A DNA stretch of 64,000 nucleotides from Phoronis australis (lineage: Eukaryota > Animalia > Phoronida), in NCBI GenBank assembly GCA_002633005.1, contig NMRA01000151.1, positions 1-64,000 on the forward strand. The letters run 5' to 3'. Under the pieces are notes generated by a model. The model was not told where the DNA came from, did not search any database, and worked only from the letters and a program-made list of their open reading frames with translations. Within the stretch, counting starts at the first letter, position 1; each line of letters starts with the position of its first letter. The translations under genes were made by a program, and so were the position numbers. Shown in pieces: positions 1 through 11,815 of this stretch.

Positions 1-490
1 AGTTAGTCCTAAGAGTAGCCTTGGCGCAAAGCTGTATAGGCCTACATGTACTAACAAGCTGTATTTTGACGATAGTCTTCACTGGTAGCTGGCACTGAAG
101 CTAAGGTCTGCCGCGGCAGTGTGACATAGGACTAACCAGCCCGTGATTTCATGCAAGTGTCTGAAACTATCTTTGAATATATGCGGCATTTATGATTTGA
201 GCATTTTACTTCGACAAAACAGCTCGCAACCGCATGCATTTACCGTTCGCCAGTGTCTGGTCTCGATCGGCACCGGGTCCGATACGCTGCGGTCCCGAGT
301 CTAGCAAAATAATTTCTGTCAAAATTTATTCGCCACATTTCTTCAGCAAATTCGATTAAGTTGTCCGTATTTTGATTTTATTAAAATTAAGGCGTGCTGT
401 CGATTATTTTATCCCCGTTTGCAAGCTGGTAACAGGCACTCGTCCATCCACACTGACGGCGTTTTCTTAGCCTGGGTTCCTGAATGAATT

Positions 491-526
491 GTACTTCCGG
501 GTTCGCGGCAAGTTCAAAATGGCGGT
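491..526 (+). promoter_or_regulatory. Possible housekeeping-type promoter: ETS site (ACTTCCGG) followed by a YY1 site (AAAATGGCGG) in a CpG-richer patch
   Basis: Motifs at 493-500 and 516-525; no downstream coding exons identified. Confidence 0.3.
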
Positions 527-2245
527 GGTTCTTCGGGACGCTTAGCACTCATCGCGCAACATTTAAACTTTTTTCGAGTACGGATTGTGTATTAGTTATG
601 GGGTAGGTACTTCTTGGATCCTTATAACATCCTCTAACCATGTAATAAGGGTTAACAACGCGTGCGACCAGGTCTTTAAATCTGGGTACGCTCTGAGGCT
701 CGGCTATCAACCACCACGAGACTGCTTTTGCAACGACCTCAGAAACGGTCGGTGATAAAAAAACAATTAAGTAATGAAAATCTAAAGAGTGGATGGTGGT
801 TTGAAAATTGTCAAATGGTAGATGCCCTTCTATAGGCCTACTCATTTTGCAAAGTATTCCTCGAACGTATTAGAAACCAACAAAACAATAAACCTGCAAG
901 GTGGAAGCCAAGTCGTAATGAATGCGTACAGAATTTGGTAACCGCACTGATGGAAACCTGGCAAAATTACGAAACCAAATGTTTTTCCTGTTCTCATGCA
1001 TACCATGTGCATACGTAAAGTTAAATTAGCACAGTCTCAGCCTATTATTTGATAGGTCTTGCTGAACAAAATTTCCACAATGATATCACGTGGAGGAATA
1101 ATTTTAAGATTTCTCTAGAAATGGTATTGATGGAAGATGCGTCCGAACAATTGTTCGCAGTTTCTGTTTCAACAACATGGTTCCAGTACTTGAGATTATT
1201 TTTGGGGTGTGACTGTTGATAGTGAGTATATAATGAGTGATGTAAACACAAGACAGGGTTAATCACGTGCTGGATTTTGGAAATTCAGCGTTCAAAATAA
1301 ACAACGAACTTTCTGTGCAAAGTGAATCGAAAAGCTGATCAGTGCTATAGTAGTAAAATTAGAGGTAAGTAGGCGCCCAATGACCACAGTATCACTTTGA
1401 GCACTGAATTTTAAAAGTGCACTGTATTCCCAAAACCAGACTCACACATATGTAGGTCTATTTTTTTACTTACGAGTGGGTATTTACTTTGAGTAACCAG
1501 TGGCTAATCTAGGATGTCGCTGAAAGGGGACCAACCACACATATAGGAAGGCAAAGGTCCGCATGCATTCCAAGCGGTCTCTGAAGGGGGGAGGGCAAAC
1601 ACAATTTTAAAGGAAAATAGGCGCGTAACGCCCAGAAACCATATGCTGGTGGCATTTTTAGTCGCCTGTGGGGTGTGTCCTCGGGGCCTTTGGTCCCCTT
1701 TTGTCCGACTATGGTCATAGATATTAGTAAAGAGATTCGCTACTCCGTGAAGTCTCGCGGTCTCATGCAAAAGTACGTGAGCAGGATTCAAAACTTCCGG
1801 TCTCATGGCTAAGCATAATAACGAAGGTGAACTTTGGGTTTTATTTCGCGCACGTCAAGCAAATTTTTGAGTTTGAAATTAATTTGTTGTGTTTAATGCA
1901 ATCTAAATCCCGTATGCGAGCCATTCAAGTCGGATTATTGGTACGAAACGTGTCGGAATTAACTTGACAAGTTGTTGTTGATCGGCCCGCCTGCTGGCAC
2001 AGTTCAACACAGTAACACACGAATCGAGGAGTTTGGCCCAATGAAAAGGTTGAGCTAAATGGATAATTCTTTTCATTAGTTGAATTCTCAGTCGTTTACG
2101 ATGAAATTTAGTTTGAATTTTGTGATTTTGTATGAATTTTGGCTCGACCTAAATGCAGTTTCTCATTCGTCACTACGTCTACAATACATAAATATCCAAA
2201 ATTCAGCAAGAGCGAAATTTTGCCATTTTTCATGATTTTCAGAAG

Positions 2246-2248
<3 letters not shown>

Positions 2249-2342
<94 letters not shown>

Positions 2343-2344
2343 AT
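2249..2344. repeat. Compound microsatellite (AT)n-(ATATGT)n
   Basis: Directly visible. Confidence 0.97.
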
Positions 2345-2539
2345 GCATGAAAAGTGGTGGAAAATGAAAAGTATGCCATCGAAATATTTAAACTTTCTTC
2401 TTTATATTGATATCCGTTTCAACAAATGGGGGCATTCATGAATATTTTTAAAAATCGAAGTACTGCAGCACTTGAGAAGGGGATAAATTTTCAGTTGCTA
2501 AATGGCCGTTACTGAACCGATTTTAATGATATGTATATC

Positions 2540-2695
2540 CAGGGGTGGATCCAGGATTTTGTGTTAGGGGGACCAGAGCAGAGTATTAGCCAGGATTTTG
2601 TCATTCAGACATTGGCACTCCCGATCTGCCAAATGGAATCTGGGGGAATTTTAGGGGGGTGTAGCCCTCTTGGCCCGCCTCTAAATCCGCTATTG
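2540..2695. mobile_element. Short degenerate hAT-like MITE (related end at 6407)
   Basis: CAGGGGTGGATCC...AATCCGCTATTG imperfect inverted ends; CAGTGGCGGATCT at 6407; no clear TSD. Confidence 0.4.
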
Positions 2696-5600
2696 ATGTC
2701 AAACTGCTAAAAAATCTGCCTTAAGTGTACACTTGTATTTGTTTTGTTTTTTTGATAAAAGTATGGGAAAATGTAGTTTTTTAATTTAATGCCTTTTCAA
2801 TTTCTAACCTGGAAAAATCCTGCACGTGTACTCTCAACGTAACATTTACTATCGTGTCCTAATCCATTCCTCATCAATTTTTTTTCACTTCTTCTCACCA
2901 TTTCCATTTAGCAATACTTCCAAAAAAGGTAAATTCAGTTATTTTCAAGAACCATGCAGACCTTTCCAGGATTATAACTGAACTCAAATTTGATTGGTCA
3001 AATGGATTAAACAGAACCAGTCAAAACTTCCCTAAATTACATAAAGTGACCCAAATTGGTGAAATATTTTCATTAAAACAGTACAGAATATATTTTTAAA
3101 ATTCAATTTAACTGCAGTTTTGGGGATTAGATTCAGTCTATTTTCTTCAAAAAATAATTTTGTTACACGTTTTCTACCTTGTGGTGGTGCTGTGATCAGT
3201 TTCATTTTTAAAGAAATATGTTTTGCATTAAAATAATTGTTTATTCAAGGCTGCAGTACATCAAAACCGTTTAGAATACGAATATGCTCTTTTTGGATGG
3301 TCACTAACACAACGCCTTTCAATTCTTATATTATTTGACAGGAATAAAATTGATTTAAATTTCATTGAAATTTTATTGTCCAATTTAATTTTGTTTAATT
3401 AAAAATGCACATAATCATTTTTATCATATGGTGCGTAACTTAAGATTGTGAAAACATTGATCTCACTTGGGAAAAAAGAATAATTCATATAACCTCAAAG
3501 ATATTTTAATAAATGACGAAATACTCTGAAAAATTAGGTTTCTGGTTTTTGCTATTTTTGAATTCATTTGTTACACCAATTTCATTTTTAGAATTGTTTT
3601 GAAATATTTTGGAACAAAAGAAATATTTTCACCGAACCACGATAATTCTTGAAGTGTTTTGTCGTTTTAAAAGTGGTTTGGTGACGATATGTTGTTAACC
3701 TACTTGCAAAGGACTCTATCTTGTTTTAGCAACACAGTAAGCTATGGATTCCCAAATATAGTTGTCTAAACTTGATATTTTTTGGCCTGAAATTTTTGGG
3801 TGCTCTTTGCTGAAAAAAAGGCTATTTTTGAGGCTGCAAAAATTAAAAAACTCGAGAGCTAAACAATTTCAAAAATATATATAAATGGTATGCCTAAAGC
3901 TACCATTTTAGACTATTGAAGTGTTTCTGATGAAATTTGTATTTTGCTTTGTTCTGACAGCTCTATTTTGTAAAACACAGTATGCAAAGGGTGTTTTTGT
4001 ATTCCTTCTCAGAAATGTATGCAACACTTTATGTAATGTTGTTATGTTTTTTTCCTGTTTGTCATTGCAAAAATCAATTCCGTTGTATATTCGTGTTGCC
4101 ATTTTTCACTTACCAATTGTAAAGTAAGGCAGGGGAATCCCAGACCCCTGTTACTTACTCATTGGAACTGGGAAAATAAAAAAATGAAAAATGTCTATTT
4201 TGTGTGTGCTGTGCTATCTGATAACCACTAAAAATAAGGCTGACAGAACACCTTTCATAACCTGTGTCTTTACCTCTCATGTTCTCTATTTCAAATTTTG
4301 TGGAATTTTGTTTCAGTTGGTGGTTTCATTTCATCTTATATCTTTTTTCTTCTGCAGGCAAAAATATAACACTTAAAACTGAATTCCCTTCACTGTGTAT
4401 AAAGTGCAAAAACTTAATTTATAAAAAATATGCTATACAAGTTTCCTTTCGAACACTGAATATCTGTTGGCGTCACAAAACCCTAAAGAAAATTACAGTG
4501 CCAACTGGTCCTTCCAAATTTTGACTTTTTCAATTCAATCGCCAGTTATCTCCACTACTCAATAGTGGCACTGATTCGGTTGTGGCAATTAAACATTCAC
4601 GCTCAATGCGATACTGAAAATTAGCTCAGTTTTTTGTTAAAAAGCCACAGAAGAGTCCTGGGGGAAAAGTTCACTTTCACAAAATCACTTTCCAGATACA
4701 ACTCTTCGTTCCATATTACTTTATAGATATTCTATGTATTTGTAACATTTAGAGGATGTTCAGACACTGAAAGAGAGAAATAGACATTAGGTCTCAATGA
4801 GCATGCCCACCTTCATAAGTAACACTTGCCAAGAAACTGTGGAGAATACGTCAACTCAGTAGACATGGAGAGCATGATTTGCTGCTATTGAAAATATTGA
4901 GAGTCCCTTTTGATTACATTTTGCGACCTAGCCAAAATCCCAGGTCGCATTTTCAAAATCCAGCTCGCATTCATAAGTTCCAAGTCGCAAAAATTTCCCG
5001 CCATTTTTACGCCCAAAATTTATTTTTTAGATCACTGAAAAATGTTTAGATTATGCTCTTACCTCCAGCGTTAAATACTGAAAAATTTCAGATCGCAAAA
5101 TTGAGTTCGTTCATGCAGGTACGGTATTACTGTTCTTCACGACCGCCATTGAAAGGCTCTAAAGCTCAAGGCAAGTTGCCGACGTGAAAGTTGAATCAGT
5201 GCTTTCTAACTGGCACGTGCATTCGAGTAGTTAAGTTTGCGATGTGAAATGGGAGAAAATGCCCGTTGAAAAAGTATTCGCGATTTTGCTAGGTCTGACC
5301 TGCTACGGGCTGTCATCAAAATCTTTAAAAATCCAAACTAACTCAGAGTGCAAATTCCCTCCAATTTTTGTTCGCAACCCAAATTTTGCAACTTAACTCG
5401 ACGTTTGAAAAGCATTTATCAAAAAACTAGTGAAACGATGTCCTAACCGAATGACGTATTTGGATGCACGTGAACAATTCAGTGCAAATTTCACAACAAA
5501 AATGTGGTACTTATGCTGTTTACGAAATCAACAATTAGTTTTCTATGAAATGAATAGCCTCGAAAAAATTCCCGCCTCCGTGCGCAATTCCGTCGCGTAA

Positions 5601-6139
5601 TTCGAGTTTGCTCCTCAATACCTTCCATGTATGGGAAAAATAGGTCAGTCACGAAACGACACGCATATCACTAGTGTTAAGTTTCTTTCGGAGGTATGCA
5701 ACAAAGCCGGGATTTGGTTTTTACGTATTGAGAAAAGACGTTTTTGAAAGCTCAGTTTGTTGTGTAAAATGAGAGTGACACACTATATAGGCTGCGAGTC
5801 AATTTTAAACCCCGTGCGGTCGTTTGTAGTGCGTATTTTTGTGCTTTGACCGCAAATTTGTAACGATCTTGCTGAAACAGGACACCGTTGATGGTATTAG
5901 AAGAAAGAACAATTGCTAATGGTTTGTTGAAACCCTGTTTTGTGTAAATTTATTGAGTTTCGTGTTTGATATGGACGGTTGGAGTGAATTCTGGTCGGGA
6001 GTGTCATACCTTTGACGGACCTATTCCTGCTGAAAATTCACGCCAAAACCCAATTAGATTTGTTGACACAATAGAGAGCGAGCCGGCTGATATCATAACA
6101 TTTTCCAACTGAATAGAAGTACTTGTGACCTTTTCTTTG

Positions 6140-6220
6140 ACCCGGATCTTCATATGGACGACAATAACCCGGATCTTCATATGGAGGACAATAACCCGGA
6201 TCTTCATGTGGAGGACAATC
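6140..6220. repeat. 27-bp tandem repeat, 3 copies (ACCCGGATCTTCATATGGAGGACAATA)
   Basis: Directly visible. Confidence 0.92.
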
Positions 6221-7302
6221 AGAAACCTCTTGTATGGTAGTTACATTGCATGGCTGAGAACGTGAATTTTGACGAACTGACACCCCAATAGGTTGGTTGT
6301 ACTTACATTGCAATTATTTGAAATGAAATAAAATAATTTAAAAGATAGGCAATACATATATAACCCCACAGTTTTTATTTTTAAAACATACATACAAATA
6401 CATATGCAGTGGCGGATCTACATTTTCAGTAAGGGGGGTTTAGGATTCCCGCAAAGATCGAATCGTAGGCGCGTGACGCCGAGCGGGGGGAGGTTCCCCC
6501 TCCCGTGTAAGACATTTTTTGTTTTTGTAGCCAAATACTGAAATTTCCATGCATTCTGGTTAGTTTCTGGCACTTAACATGTCTCTGGAGTTTTTCTTAA
6601 GATAATTAAAAACCCTTCTCCATTTCGTCACATGAACTTGGCTCATAAGTTTCGTGAAACTATATTGTGCACATCTGGGCATGATTCACGCCACCAGCAA
6701 AATTTTTTGTTAGAACATCTGCTTACACACACCTTTTTTAGCATACGAAAAGTCGTATACGAAAAGGTGTGGTGTGTATACAGGGGTTTAGACAACTTCC
6801 AAATATTCAAGAGCATAAGGAGCACCGACGGGGCGTAAAAACTTGAATATCAGATGATCGCGTAACAGCAGCCTCAAGTTGTTTAAGAACGAAGACCTGT
6901 ACTGTTAGTCCGGAAATAAACATTTGTTCTGTCTTTTTACGAGAAAAACTGGCGAACGATGGTGCTCTCAGCTCATAGTCTATTACTAAAAGCGACAATA
7001 AATAATTAAGTATCACTTTATTAAACGTAATCACGTTGACAACATTTGAAAAACGTCAAATGTTTCAGGAAACAAATCATCTGAAAACAGTTTCACGAAA
7101 CCAAAATATCCTGTGCACAGTGGTGAAAAGATATACTGGACTAGTTTGCAGAGGGACCAGATGTACATTGAGAGTACACAAAAAGGCTGACCTGGTCCGT
7201 CACGAGACCAAGAGTACACCTGTGGTTATTATCCCTATAAATAGTCGATCTTTCGCGGGACCAAACAGTACTGGCTGAGATAAATAGTTTTACAAAGCAC
7301 AC

Positions 7303-7590
7303 TTTTGTTAAACGCACGACACTTTTCATTGTTCACAGTCTTTATTCCGTTACGTTCGTACTTTCGGAACAAAACTCTACTCTCAACTGAACATAGATAC
7401 AGTAACTGACATAGCGACATGATTAAAAGACACACGATATTTCAAAACATACTTCTTTTATTCTCAAGTGAAGATAAAATGACGCAGTAATGCCACCACA
7501 GAGTATAAGCTGACGACACACACAGTGAGACACGGCGGGTGTGAAATACTGCAAAGAATGACTAATGAAGGGGGGTAACAGGAAAGTGAG
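7303..7590 (-). mobile_element. Diverged solo pseudo-LTR of the same Penelope-like family, with a degenerate hammerhead at 7433-7470
   Basis: Aligns by eye to 16335-16620 with scattered substitutions; core TTGAGAA and GAAATATC retained, stem II weakened. Confidence 0.85.
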
Positions 7591-7724
7591 ATCTGTTAAC
7601 AAATACACAACATCTATAAGTGCTGCATATCAACAAATATAAATACCACAACTTCTATTTTACGTAATACACAAGTGTTTAGGTTGTAAGCTTCTAGGTT
7701 AACAAAATACGATGAAAAAAAAAA

Positions 7725-8166
7725 CTTATTATTGGGGTAGAAACAAATCAGTACCATTGTGATAACAGGAAAAAATATGCACAACTTTAATCGCATTTTT
7801 TGGGCCAAAATGCGAGTACGAACTTTAAAATCAGCGCATATGTAAACAACGACAACAACAACAAAATACTTGTTATTGGAGGTAGAAACAAACCATTACA
7901 ATTGTGATAATAAAAGAAACTGATGCATACCTTTAATCACATTGTTTTTGGCCAATAATGAGTACGAACTTTAAAATCGGTGCAAATGTAAACGACGGCA
8001 TATTTATGGACGTTTCGGTTTATTGTCTCCCAAGAAAAAATTCACAATATTCCAATCAGGTGACACAGGTGTAGAACAGACTGTACAGGTACACAAGAGA
8101 TAATAAACGTCAATCAATATTTCGCTTACACATGCGCTGATTTTAAGTTCGTAGGCATACCTTTAA
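7725..8166. repeat. Two diverged ~143-bp tandem units plus an inverted partial copy ending in CCTTTAA (TIR-element end)
   Basis: TACGAACTTTAAAATC at about 7817 and 7963; reverse-complement copy at 8124-8166. Confidence 0.6.
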
Positions 8167-8440
8167 GCCTGGTATTTAGGTCATGGCAGAAATATAATTT
8201 TTCACCCCTGTACTTGATTTCATATTCCAATATAAGATAGTACATAGTTTTTTTTCCTGATTTTCTGATATACAACTTATCTTAACGGTTCTTTTGCTTT
8301 TGCCAGCCATTCATAACCAAAATACCAATTGCAGTCAGTTAGCAACTGAATAAATAGTATTAAAAATATTCTTTTGTTCAGGCTAAAATGCAAAGATCAC
8401 GACATTAAAACTATACAGTAAATCCGGCTCAAGCACCAAC

Positions 8441-8477
8441 TATTTATTTTATTTATTTATTTATTTATTTATTTATT
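8441..8477. repeat. (TTTA)n microsatellite
   Basis: Directly visible. Confidence 0.85.
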
Positions 8478-8658
8478 GTAATATTTGAAATGAGGGTAGC
8501 CTATTCAAGTGAAGCACTGCTTTTCAAGAGGGCCCTCAACAACAGAATGTAATACAGTAAAATATAATAGGATAAAATAGTAAAACAGTAATTAGATACA
8601 GGTAACAAAGCAGCAATTAAAACAGGTTTATGCTGAGGAAACTTTGACCAAGAGAGAT

Positions 8659-11251
8659 AACTAGAAAGATTAATGTCACGGCGTGACAATAACGGACTCT
8701 GCGCGTGCGTATTACTGGAATTATTATGGGAAGTTACTGACAGCAACCCGTTTACCAATATGAAAAGGAATTCTTTAAAATTGTAGGAGAAATTACATAT
8801 TAATTTTTGATGACCTTTTCACTAATTGACCTCTTCCGTGCATTATGAGCCCCGATGAGGGGAGCAAATGTTAACTCGATTAAAAGTGTGGCTAATGCTA
8901 ATAATCACAGATGTTTTACTTTAAGCACTTCAGAATACAAGATGAATGAAGTGGTCAAACTTTCAGAAGAAAAATGCACCTAATGACCCCATGGGTGCAC
9001 CAATTGACCAGAAAATTTAGAATTCAAACTCAATCGCACTTAGTAAACAGATACGTAATTCTGAAGTCTCTAGCTCAAAATTTTAGTTTGCACTCAATGA
9101 CCTTTGACCTATTTTTACCGATTGGTTAGGCTTATTGCGAAGTAAAGTAGGGTATTCACTTGGCATGTTGACTTACACCAGTGTGCCGAAATTGAAAAGA
9201 ATTCCTTGAAAAACGTAAGAGATATAACATTTTGAACGTTACATGACCTTTGCACTAATTGACCTCATCCGGTGCATTTTAAGCATCTTTAGGAGAATTA
9301 TTGCAAAGCCCATGGAAAATGTGTTTAACGCTGAGAATCACAGTTGTCTAACGGTTGAAACATCAGAATACTTGCTGATTGAAGAGGTCAAATTTTCAGA
9401 AGAAAAATGCACCTAATGACCGCATGTTTGCACTAAATGACCTGAAACTTTGGATTCCGATTTGATTTATCTGTGGCAATCAGACCTGCCAATTTGAAGT
9501 GTCTAGCTCAAAATTTAAGTTTGCACCTAATGACCTTTGACCTATTTCACCTGATTGGATGACCCGATTACTTAGAAAAGTAAATTTTAAATTGTCATGT
9601 TGACCTATACCTCTGCACCGAATTTGAAAACGATAGCTTTAAAACTGAAGGAAAAGTAGCATTTTGAAAATTATATGACATTTGCACCAAACGACCTTTT
9701 CCGGTGCAATAAGGAATATGATTATGTAACCAATCAAAATTTATGTACTGTCAAAAGTCATATGCTGAATTGAAGACCGTACCTTCACCCAATTTGGAGT
9801 TATTAAGCCTCAAAGTTGGTCGGAAGAAGAATAAGAAGAATAAGAAAAACTAGAAAGATTATTGTCACGGCGTGACAATAACGGACTCTGCGCGTTCGTA
9901 TTACTGGAATTATTATGGGAAGTTACTGACAGCAACCCGTTTACCAATATGAAAAAGAATTCTTTAAAATTGTAGGAGAAATTACATATTAATTTTTTGA
10001 TGACCTTTCCACTAAGTGGCCTCTTCCGGTGCATTATGAGCCCCGATGAGGGAGTAATTGTTAACTCGATTAAAAGTGTGGTTAATGCTAATAATCACAG
10101 ATGTTTTACTTTAAGCACTTCAGAAAACAAGATGAATGAAGTGGTCAAACTTTCAGAAGAAAAATGCTCATAATGACCCCATGGGTGCACCAAATGACCT
10201 GAAAATTTAGAATTCAAACTCAATCGCACTTAGTAAACAGATACGTAATTCTGAAGTCTCTAGCTCAAAATTTTAGTTTGCACTCAATGTCATTTGACCT
10301 ATTTTTTCTGATTGGTTAGGCCTATTGCAAAGTAAAGTAGGGCATTCAATTGGCATGTTGACTTACACCAGTGTGCTGAAATTGAAAAGAATTCCTTGAA
10401 AATCGTAAGAGATATAACATTTTGAACGTTACGTGACCTTTGCAATAATTGATCTGATCCGGTGCATTTTAACCATCTTTAGGAGAATTATTGCAAAGCC
10501 CATGGAAAATGTGTTTAATGCTGAGAATCACACTTGTCTAACAGTTGATACATCAGAATGCTTGGTGAATGAAAATGACAAATTTTCAGAAGAAAAATGC
10601 ACCTAGTGACCCCATGTTTGCACTAAATGACCTGAAGCTTTGGATTCCGAATTAAATTTTCTGTGCCAATCAGACCTGTGAATTTGAAGTGTCTAGCTCA
10701 AAATTTTAGTTTGTACCTAATGACCTTTGACCTGTTTAACCTGATTGGATGACCCGATTACTTAGAAAAGTAATTTTTAAATTGCCTTATTGACTTCTAC
10801 TTGTGTACCGAACTTGAAAAGAATAGCTTTTGAAATAAAGAAGAAGTAGCATTTTGAAAATTACATGACCTTTGCACCAAATGACCTTTTCCGGTGCATT
10901 ATGGAATATTAATATATAATGAATCAAAATTTATATACTGCCTAAAATCATATTTTAAATTTCAAAAGCATAACTGCAATCATTTTGGAGTTATTAAGTG
11001 TCAAAGTTGGTCGGAAGAAGAATCAGAAGAATAAGAATAAGAATAAGAAGAATAAAATTGAAGAAAACCCAGGAACAACAGTACTCTGCGCTTACACGCG
11101 CAGAGAAATAAGAAGAATAAAAATAAGAATAAAATTGGAAGAAAATCCAAGAAAAACAGTATTCTGCGCTTAAACGCGCAGAGTAATAAGAATAAAATCG
11201 AAGAAAACCCAGGAACAACAGTACTCTACGCTTGCACGCGCAGAGTAATAA
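8659..11251 (+). mobile_element. Helentron-like non-autonomous element (HINE-type), family 1, two tandem or nested copies
   Basis: Near-identical 5' ends AACTAGAAAGATT..TGTCACGGCGTGACA at 8659 and 9848; internal ~432-bp subrepeat with TGACCTTTGACCT; (GAATAA)n microsatellite; 3' hairpins CTCTGCGC..GCGCAGAG near 11083, 11163 and 11224. Confidence 0.7.
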
Positions 11252-11815
11252 AGAGATGATACTAAATAGTGTGAACATGTACAATAATGAAAAATGACAT
11301 AATTAAGAAAGGAAAGGTGTTAGAATGGGAAAGTTAATTACAGCCACTTTTCAAAACTAATTTTTTAGTAATTGAATTGGGCCGTTTAATTTCTGGGCTA
11401 AGAGAGTTCCGGATTGCAGCACCTGCATAAATAAAGATCTCTTGTCGGTCTCGGACTTCATTTTTTAAAAGAAACGTTGCCAGCAACAGAAGAATGTGTA
11501 AAGTATGTAGCTTGACTGCTACTGAATTTGTGGCCAATATATGTTAAAGCCAAGCCATTGACACATCTGTTACAAGAAACAGGCAGAGAGAAATTTATTT
11601 CTTATTATTTTAATACAATGTGAAACTTGAGATTGCATCAACTTATATCAACATCAGGATTACTTAATAATCACTGAAACAATGTATACACTAAACATCA
11701 GCATAGCATGTGCAAACTGTACAATATGTCCAAATATCAATGAAGTATGTACAATAATATACTTTGTAAAACCCCTTTTAATATCATACAACACTTGTTT
11801 AAGTTTAGATCAATT

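Noticed and set aside
2139-2441. 100-aa ORF with YI/YV repeats
   Set aside because: Translation of an (AT)n/(ATATGT)n microsatellite.
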